A DNA stretch of 64,000 nucleotides, from NCBI RefSeq assembly GCF_964355755.1, contig NC_092670.1, positions 13,254,795 to 13,318,794 on the forward strand, written 5' to 3'. The DNA is from Antedon mediterranea. Lineage: Eukaryota > Animalia > Echinodermata. The stretch's first letter is position 1; each line of letters begins with the position of its first letter. The notes beneath the pieces were generated by a model, which had not been told where the DNA came from, ran no database searches, and was given only the letters and a program-made list of their open reading frames with translations. The translations under genes were made by a program, and so were the position numbers. Shown piece after piece: positions 55,001-64,000 of the stretch.

Positions 55001-57348
55001 ATGCCATGCAAATGCACATATCTCTGACTTTTTCCAATTACGAATTGACGTAAATTCTGAAATCATATCTTCATTAGATAGCTGAAAAAAAAGATTGTTT
55101 AAGATTATGTGAATTAATTAATAACACAAGTGATTGAATAATTAATTTAATATTATATTAATTTATCAACTTTCTGGCATTGGGCAGATCAAATAAGTAT
55201 CTAAAGTACAAACAAATAACTTACCACTAAATGTGGATAAAGAGATCCATGGAGTGAGTTGAGCCAACGGACTACTGCTAAACTTGCACAGGCTAGCCAT
55301 GGGGTCCAGCTAGTACCTGTAATAATAATTTAAATAAATGTACAAATTTAAATAACTTTTGGAATTTTGTCATGCAGACAGAATGACAATAATTACATGT
55401 GATATTTATTACATAGGATATTTTCTGCAACATGACGTTCTGTTTTAATAATCACAAATATATTTTACCATCTTACTGTATAATAAGTGCTTAACATTTT
55501 GAGGTTAAGTACAAACCGAGGAAGTTACGCAGTAAACTGTATCTCTTATTGTTTCATTGAACCCTTTCATATTTTAAATGAATAAAATGAGATATATATG
55601 TATGTACTCGATGATGTCATATCACTACCATATTTGGGCACATCACACTTTCTTTTTTCCAAACTAGTTTGATAGTTTAGAATTGACTTTAGGGTGTGCA
55701 TTTCTGTGTGTATTTTGGAATTTGTGAAACCCACCTGTGTGCAATTCAGCTCAGTAGGCTGCAAGTTGCAATTATTCCACATTTACTATTAAATCCTGAA
55801 ATGGGCAAGAGGCAACCTCTATTCACGGGACAACATTATGAAGGAGAAACTTTTTGGAGTCCTCAAAGATGTGCTCTTAATTGGGAAATTATGCTAGAAA
55901 TGATTCGGATATGAATACCAGGTAATCATAACTCACTTACACCACCAATAATGTAATGTCATATTAAAAAAAAATGTTGTCAGTGAGGTCAAAGTTCATG
56001 ATCAAATACTCACTTGAATCACTGTCTTCATCAGCTATCATTTCTAAGACGCCACACAATCCTTGTTCATGCCATGCTTGCATAGCTCGTTTCCATCTTG
56101 TCTCCTCACATGTCAAAAATGCGGACTTTACATTGTTTTCAGTTGCCAAGGAACGTAAACTTTCAACTTCCAGTTCAACTGTTGGGTAATTACTTTTCTA
56201 AAAAATAAATCATAAAAACTGAACTTTTATAATTTTTGTAATCAAACAGCAGGACGCTAAGCTCGCCTTTTCAAGATACTCCTTTGATCTTATCTAGGAG
56301 TACTAATTACTAATGACTGTAAACCAAGCCAACACTGCGCCAAAGTATCTCAGCGGGCCATGAACTGTTTAAGAAGCATCAGAAGGACTTTCGTATATAT
56401 GGATAAGGATTGTTTTAACGTCATCTACAAGCATTATGTACGCCCACATCTCGAATTTTGTGTTCAAGTATGGAATCCGTATCTTCAAAGGACATAAATG
56501 TAATTGAAAGAGTACGTCGTGCGACTAAATTAGTTCCATGTATCCGTTCATATTCATATGAAGATTGACTAAAGCTTCTTGGCCTAACAACCTTGTACGA
56601 CAGAAGAATTCGAGGTGACCTGATTGAAGCATATAAAATTGTTAAAGATTTCGAGGGTGTAGCCAAGGATGACTTTTTCCAAATGAGAAGTAACATTAGC
56701 CAAATTACTCGAGGACATCACCTGAGATTTTTCAAGCCTATTTTCCATAAAGGATTGAACTGAAGAAGACATACCTTCTCGCAACGAGTAATGAACCATT
56801 GGAACAGTTTACCAGCTGACGTTGTTAATTCTGAGACCACTAACACCTTCAAGAATCGCATCGACACAATGTAGTTGATATGGGGTTAAAAAGGCACTCG
56901 CCTAAACTTTCCCATTATAACTAAACTAAACTAAACTAAACAATACCAACAGAACTGTATGCACATTTCCTCCACGGTGCAGTGTCTGTTAACCAAACAT
57001 TTGAGGAAGACAATTGACCAAACAAAATTCAGGCAAAAGGAAAATGATTTGGATATGAATTGTTTGTAAGCAATATGGTACAGCTCAGACAGTTTCGAAC
57101 TCATGGATATTCCTTACCATTTCTGCATCATCAAGATATATATATACAGTATTTATCCCATAACATTTATCAGTGATATTTGATTTATATCTATATTACC
57201 TTGTCACTAAACCTACCTGGAACAGTACTTCCTGGTTCAATGATTGGTTTGCCTCATCTGTTTGTCTATAAACAAGTTCTCCATTTTTTTCGCAAGTAGT
57301 CACATGGTCACTTGGGGGTAGAACACAGTTTGTACTGAAAATTGACAT
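52046..57348 (-). CDS. AAAS: Aladin (WD40 nucleoporin), 11 coding exons, ~513 aa
   Basis: Exons 57217-57348, 56014-56197, 55225-55316, 54936-55081, 54352-54495, 53787-53907, 53416-53540, 52957-53196, 52679-52828, 52314-52398 and 52046-52168 sum to 1542 nt, in frame. Diagnostic motifs: [69 protein letters not shown]. Likely 5' UTR intron 57361-57567; AATAAA on the minus strand near 51950. Confidence 0.95.
53605..53710 (-). mobile_element. Degraded tRNA-derived SINE (relatives at ~33340-33450, ~35680-35750, ~36985-37090)
   Basis: On the minus strand, A-box-like tagcttggtggtttaga and B-box-like gggttcaaatcc, followed by actccacttccaaa, a motif shared with the other copies. Confidence 0.5.
56310..56942 (+). 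mobile_element. CR1-clade LINE 3' fragment in the first coding-region intron of AAAS (antisense to AAAS)
   Basis: Degenerate ORF2 C-terminus [19 protein letters not shown]...[13 protein letters not shown]...RGH...[13 protein letters not shown]...FKNRID with stops and frameshifts; (AACTA)n tail. Confidence 0.88.
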
Positions 57349-58795
57349 TTTTTGTCTTTTCTGTTGAAAATAAAATACTGTCAGACGTTGGTGATTCAGC
57401 CTAGGAAAGGCGATTTTATGCTACGATTATGAAATTAATGAAAGGTTCTCGACTAGGCCTAGGCCTAGAATATCACTGACCAAGATTAAGAACAGTCATA
57501 ACAGGCGCTAATGCAGTTTCGTACCCACCCCTTAAAATTACTCAAAATCTTCATCCAACCTACTCACGAGTTGTCTACAACATTCTGCAATCATAAAATT
57601 GTAAAAAATCGATAATTTTTTATTTAAAACTATTTTTAATCAATTAATACTGAGCACCCTTCGGAAATACATCGCCAGCTTAGCTTCGCGAAAATCATTG
57701 CTAGGCCTGCCGATAAAAGTACGGAGGCCTCACAGGACATTAACTCTATTAATAGAGTAAACAGTTGCGTTCTATAGAGGGCGTAGTTACTAACGTTTAA
57801 AGCACGCACCAAATATTTATAATTTTCATTATTTCCGACATGCGTTTCGTATTTTTAATAAAGAAAAGAAATACTATACAATTGCTGTATTCATCATTGT
57901 GGGTATCATCATAATTATGTTATGTTTTTAATTTGTTCTTTCATTTTACTAGTAGAATTTCACACAGAAAAGAAGATAAATATGGAACTGCTGACTCTTG
58001 AAGATATAAGTAGGCCTACTGACCAATTTTCCTCTGTTTTAGTTTATTTTACATTAGGGTTTGTAGGTCAAATAAATAAATGAAATGAATAAAAAGAATT
58101 ACAGTACTTCATTCCTGAGTTACATTGTTAATGTTATAACACAATAATCAAGCTATGACGAATTAATTGTTTTAGTGTTTTATCACTAGCTATACTAGAA
58201 ACGCTAATGGTTTCCCTGTTTTAAGATTTTATAGAAGTATATTATTATTAATAACATTTTTTATTCACCTATGAAAGACCTCTTCAAATACATGGAAATA
58301 GGAAATGCAACAAAAACAGAAAGATATAATTTATTGAAATGTAATGTACAGTAATACAATACTTATAATAAAAATGTTTTCCATCAATTACTAGAATTTA
58401 TTTTACTTCTGCTGACACTGAATACATCATTTCATGTCTTTCATTTCTTCTTTTTTTATCTTCTTTCCTGTTGTGTTTATTAAAATAAAATCAAATAAAA
58501 CGTAGTGCAGTAGCCTAACTAAGGATAGGGCCTAGGCCTGACATATATACTTATAATAGGCCTAGTAATATCCTTACTAGGCTAGAAAAAAGTTCTGAAA
58601 TAATCGGTTATAATCATAGTAAGCATCCACCCCATCCCTACATTATTTTCTTCTTACACTAGCCTACTACACTACAGTATCTCACCAAAATACAAAATTC
58701 GCGCACATATGCATGATGGAGGTATATTCGGTGTACCAAAGTGGATTTCGTACATGTTCAATAAAGTTAGGAAGTTTCTATATAGGCCTAATTTT

Positions 58796-59068
58796 TAAAG
58801 TGTAGCTTCAGGTATAGGATTTTTTTTAAGATATGAATTTTACTGATTAGGCCTACAATCCTTTAATTGGTAACTATTGTAATTGTAATAACAATAGCAC
58901 TGTACTAATCTATGTAAAATTGATGTTCTTTCAATTAGTTTCTATACTTAAAGGGTAGCTCCGGGTAGAATTTATACTTTTTTTGTGTAAGATATGAATT
59001 TTACTGATTACAGTCGTTTAATTGGTAACAATAGTACTGTACCTGTCTTTGTAAAATTGATGCTCTTC
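58796..59068 (+). repeat. Diverged tandem duplication of a ~130-bp unit
   Basis: taagatatgaattttactgatta...tttaattggtaac...tgtaaaattgatg is present twice (copies start ~58796 and ~58949). Confidence 0.8.
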
Positions 59069-59612
59069 AGATAAGGCCTACATATTGAATTAATATAGCC
59101 TACTGTAGGCCTACACCACCACTTTTTTTAAAAGGGGATTTGAATTTTAATCCCGAGTTGCCTGTGAATAACGTAAAGTGTATAACCTTACACAATTGTA
59201 ATTTAAATCATGCACCGTGCAAGTGGTAATTTATATGTCTTAATTAGACATGTGTATAGGCGGCCTACCTACTTTGCAATGATACTATTGCTGTGTCACT
59301 CTAATCAAGATATTTGATATAGCCTGGTGACTGTTTGTTACTGTTATAAATTATTTTGCGCTTCATAAAGCGCAAAATAATAATAATAATTGTTGGGTAA
59401 GCAATGTAAAACATATGTTATGCTCTATTGGTCATGGAAACATATGGTTTTCACAAAATAATGTCCTTGATAAATTGTATATAATTAATAAAATATAAGA
59501 AAGGCTAACCGATATGGAACGTCAATCCTTTCATTAAAGCATAAATATTTCTTCAAAATTAAGATATTACAAAATGTTCAAAAACAATTTCGGAGTAGAT
59601 GGATACTTACTT

Positions 59613-59945
59613 GAGTGAGTGAGTGGCCGGAGCGGTTAAGACAGTGGAACCGTAATCACGTAGCCATAACATCGGCATGGGTTCGAGGCTCACTCACTCC
59701 ATGGTTCTGGTGGTAGAACGAGTCTTCTCGGATAAGGACTATAAACCGTAGGTCCAGTGTACACAACTTGCTCGTGTGCACTTTAAAGAACCTAGTACAT
59801 CTTTCGAGACGAGTAGGGGGTTACCCCGGTGTATTAGTAGGCCTACATCACAGCCACTGATCACCAACTGGGCCCTCTGGGAGATCAGTCTTTGACTGAA
59901 GAGGTCACGCAGTATAAAGATAAAACAAACAAACAAACAAACAAA
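59613..59945 (+). mobile_element. Apparently full-length tRNA-derived SINE with a Deu-domain-like core and (AAAC)n tail
   Basis: A box tggccggagcgg, B box ggttcgaggc, acceptor-like stem gagtgagtg/cactcactc. The core tctcggataaggactataaaccgtaggtcc...ttaaagaacc...gagtagggggttaccccggtgt resembles the AmnSINE1/DeuSINE domain as I recall it. Confidence 0.8.
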
Positions 59946-61076
59946 ACTACAGACCCTTGATACTAGATATAAGCGAGCTTTAAGTCAACTAAGACTGGGC
60001 ACACTTCAACTAGAGGTAGAAAAGGGAAGATGGAAAAGAATAGAGCGCAGCAATAGGCTATATGTAGGCCTAATATAAATGAAGTTGAAGATGAATATCA
60101 TTTTGTTACGGTTTGCTCTCGTTACAAGGAAATCAGAAAAAAATGTATACCTTCTTTATTTTTTGAAAATCCAAATACTTTTAAATTCTGCCGTTTAATG
60201 TCATCACAGGATCCAATAATTATTGATAATCTATCTAAATATATTTATCATGCTTATAAGTTAAGATATATGTTTTGCCTAGAGAACGAAATTAATTAAT
60301 CCATTTATCTTGCGGACCATAAAATGGTTTATTTTTCAATGTAATTATTATTTTGTTAATAACTAGGGGCCAGAGGCCTAAAGTAAATAAAATTGAAATT
60401 GAATTGTTTCAGGTTTCTTTTTCTATTTATAGTTTAGCTGACTGTTTTAATAATTTAAGTTGACAGAATTCAAACTAGTTTAAAAAAAAAAAGTGTGATG
60501 TGCACAAATATGGTAGTGAATGCCCAAATATGGTAGTGGTATGACTTCATCACGTCCATATATGGGCACGTCACATTTTTTGTCACCTAAAGTTTGATAG
60601 TGTAGACAGAGCTTTAGTCAGCATACTGGATTTTGATCAACAGCCGGTTGAAAGACATTACTTTGCACGGGCAACAACTACCGTACATAGTATACGGCAT
60701 CAGCATAATATTGATCTCAGTCGAGTGATAAGACTGCTTATATTTTCTCCACATCCTAAATTCGTCACCATTTTTTTTGTGGTTTTTTGTGTATAGTACT
60801 AATGATAACCTAAACAACAGTTGGCATGTGCAAAGGGAATTTATTGCACAACATACAAGCTAAATTGAAAAAAAAAGCAAAATCAGGGTTGTGCACTGTG
60901 CAATTTTAATAAATCATTAAACTTTTCAGAATTTAAAACCGATTTATTTCCTTCATGAAAGGATGATAGACCTATTTAAAAGGTAATTATGTTATTATTT
61001 TATGTCTACCACAATATGTTTGCTTCTTCCACTGCCATTACTGATAGCAATCCCTAAATCGGGTTCTGTATTATAA

Positions 61077-61112
<36 letters not shown>

Positions 61113-61403
61113 GTTATTATTGTTATATTAATATAATTGAATTAAAATAATATTTGTCCTACATTATTTATTTTATTTTGTTCGAATGGTAATTCTTTTC
61201 AAAAGAATCAAACAGCAAGTAACTCGCCAGTTACATAATGGATGAACTATTTTATAATTATAATTTGATGATGTATCGTGCTTATAAACTATGTCTCAAT
61301 TTTGTGGCTTGGGAAGTGGAGTTGAAAAGGTCGTGAGCTACAAATTAAAGTTAAAATAGGCAAACACAATCAATCATTGACCTATACATTATAGGTCCAT
61401 GCT

Positions 61404-61741
61404 TTAATTATGACCACCGTGTCCGCCACCGACAAAGCCCATCTGTCTGTCGTTGGTGTGAACTTCATATTCACACACGTCACACGTGCAACCTTCTATC
61501 AGCGTGTACTGATGAGTCTTTGACGTGTCTCCTGGACATGTCAGTTGCAGGAGCTTACTGGTCGTAGAAGATGGCTTGCAACATTCACAATGTGAGAAAA
61601 AGAATGGGGCAACGGCTGTGGCATTGCACCTGGAGTCACAAAGTCCAACACATGACGTCACAGGCAGTGGTTCAACCGCAACGCAGTCATCTACTTTGAA
61701 GTCTTCTTCATATTCAGTATGCACTCTACATTTATAGTCCA
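61404..61741 (-). CDS. C-terminal cystine-knot (CTCK, mucin/vWF-type) terminal exon, copy B
   Basis: C...C...CVGLCDS...CECCKP...LTC...CTCDVC; phase-1 acceptor at 61742-61743; own stop codon. Confidence 0.8.
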
Positions 61742-61817
61742 CTACACGCAAAAAAGAACATTGTATTAATACAGTAATAACAGACTATTTCGACGTGACT
61801 CATTTCAAGATTGAAAT

Positions 61818-61940
61818 CTTGATTCCCACTTTGACAAAACCTGACGTAAGTGTAATTTGACCAATCATGATGCCCGATGGATCATCCAAACTACCGCTTG
61901 TGATTGGCTAGCTTGCGTTGCGTCCAAGTGGGAACCAAGC
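61818..61940. mobile_element. Small MITE-like element
   Basis: Inverted ends cttgattcccactt / aagtgggaaccaag with an internal inverted ccaatca / tgattgg pair. Confidence 0.5.
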
Positions 61941-63419
61941 GTTAGTAACAGTACTCGAATTACAACGCGTGTTCAAAAGCTACATTTTCTGCATGGCGGG
62001 CAAATAATGTTTACAGGAATTTCAGAAAAAAAACAAGTACTGTAGTGCCTAGCGCTGTAGATTTTTGCGGCACGTATGTTTTTACTTCAAGGTGAGGGAA
62101 GGAAAGTGTGCCTTTATTCGAGCAAGGAGGATAATTGAATCGTAATTTTCAAAATCAATGCAACTGTATAGACTAAATCAAATACAATCATAGAGATATT
62201 ATAATGAATAATATCGCTAAGATATAAAATAGTTTAGCTAATTTATTAAAAAAAAAATTATTGTAACTTTACGAATACAAAAATACAGTGCAACAACATA
62301 CCATACGACAAGAGAAGACAAACACAATAATTATACTATATCCACGATCCTCGGTCCGCAGATATAACTATAGAAATTTGGAATGCACATACCAAAGTAC
62401 ACATTTCACTTTGTTACTTATTTTGAATATTAATTGGTATAACTGATCAAATTGATGAAAAACACAGTACAATGTTGTAGATAATTTGAAATTAACCCCA
62501 AAATATAACAACCAGAGCAGAGAACAAGATGACGATAAAACAGATGGTATTTGGTTGAAATAAAATACCTTTTCTTATACAATGTATTTGGTAAATGTGT
62601 GTATTATTATTATATTATTATACATTCAATACGATTGATTCAAAAACACAAGTTGGCATATTTTTTTTACTAAAATCTTGAATTCGATAATAATTATTTG
62701 TCATCTCATTGCAACAGTTTTCATCATTTCTCATACAAATATGTTTTGTAATAGCTTTTATCCAGCTGCCATTCCTGCACTTAATTCTTGTGACACTTTT
62801 TTATATAGTGACACTTATGTATATCTCAGAGCAAACACAATTTCTATGTATATTTTATATGCAAATGGAAATAATTTTCAACTGATGAATGAACAACAAC
62901 AGAAAGCACACACAGACAATACTTAATGCTTGGAATGGAATTTATTCAATATAAGGTTGTCTAATTAAACAATGACAAAATGATAAAACATAGATTAAGG
63001 TCTCATTACTGTATTTCATTATTTTTTTAAAATTTATTCTTGTTCCTTCCTTAGTATTTTTTTTGGGGTATTGTTAATTGTTATTTAAATCAATGTGTTT
63101 CAATTAATTTTAGGCCTATCGATTATCATATGAACTTCATCACACTTTTTCCATTTAGGAGCAAACTTCATTGTTGAAGGTTACTGCTCCGCTGGCTCTA
63201 GCTTTTGTGTGTGGTACATACACAGTTAAATAATCTTATTTATAAAGAGTACAGGCTGATTTCTCTGTATTTTCAATTTTCACATTTGTCAATTTTTATT
63301 TCATTTTAAAATTAATAATACTGTACTCCAATTAAACTATTACAATCTGTTAAATTTAAACAAAATAGGAATGGAAGGGTTTTAAAATAAATATTTAAAT
63401 TATATGTTGTTCTCTTTAT

Positions 63420-63754
63420 TTAGGGTAACTCTTCTCCGTTTACGAAGCCCATATTGCTGACCAAGTCTTCATTGTTTATGTCCTCACATAACTCACAACT
63501 GCATGCTTCGATCACGTAGTACTCCAATGTCTCAATTCTTTCACCTGCGCAAGACAGTTCCAAGGTAGCCTTAGAGGTTGATATCGGTTTGCAACAGTTA
63601 CAGTTGGACTCGATGTATGGCTTAGTGGTTGTGGTGTTAGTTGTTGACTGGCAACGACCAGCGCATGACGTCTTGATGAGTGGTTCAGATGCGACGCAGT
63701 CATCCACTGTAAACTCTTCTTCATACTCTGTATGTACATCACATTTGTTGACGT
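63420..63754 (-). CDS. C-terminal cystine-knot (CTCK) terminal exon, copy A; upstream exons lie beyond the window
   Basis: C...C...CAGRCQS...CNCCKP...LSC...CSCELC; phase-1 acceptor at 63755-63756; own stop codon. Confidence 0.82.
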
Positions 63755-64000
63755 CTGTAATTAAAGATATTGCATTAGTAAGAAAACACAAAATTGGTGA
63801 CCAATCAATTGCATTTGAATGTATAAAAAAAGTCCTAAAAATTTACTTTGAAATTTAGAACAAAAATGGAAAGAAAAAATGACTATGACCAAAAGATATA
63901 ACTAGGCCTACTGATGATCGATTATTAAATGCATTTGAAATTCTAATAGTATAAAATAAAAACATTGTACAAGCCAACATAACTGTTCATTGGGTATTCA

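Noticed and set aside
57765-57790. CTCF-like site (tatagagggcgt) near the AAAS promoter
   Set aside because: Only a partial motif match; too weak to call.
59613-59700. tRNA gene
   Set aside because: Continues directly into a SINE body and tail; no clean anticodon arm or poly-T terminator.
59893-59915. Second hammerhead (ctgaaga in the SINE tail)
   Set aside because: No stem II followed by a GAAA core.
62300-62570. Signal-peptide exon for CTCK copy B
   Set aside because: Hydrophobic minus-strand stretches exist, but I found no in-frame ATG combined with a phase-1 donor.

Overview
AT-rich, intron-dense eukaryotic DNA, probably from an invertebrate deuterostome such as an echinoderm (inferred from the fibropellin-like EGF-CUB start and a Deu-domain SINE). 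(1) 4993-44593 (+): a very large multi-exon cadherin-23-like gene. Architecture: signal peptide, EGF-CUB-EGF-EGF, 4 copies of an unrecognised ~140-aa 4-Cys domain, EGF-EGF, 3 more copies, ~32 cadherin repeats, a CDH23-type membrane-adjacent domain, a TM helix, and a tail with tandem NGxY repeats. (2) ~45.5-51.8 kb: a 195-bp double-hairpin tandem repeat with a 1178-bp higher-order period. (3) 52046-57348 (-): AAAS/aladin with 11 coding exons, convergent with the cadherin gene. (4) 61.4-63.8 kb (-): two paralogous cystine-knot (CTCK) terminal exons. The window also holds scattered CR1/L2 fragments, SINEs, MITEs, a Penelope-type hammerhead ribozyme, and a strong excess of TAGGCCTA that appears to arise by GGCCTA insertion at TA sites. 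All exon boundaries, alignments and counts were read by eye, and homology calls rest on recalled sequences, not database searches.
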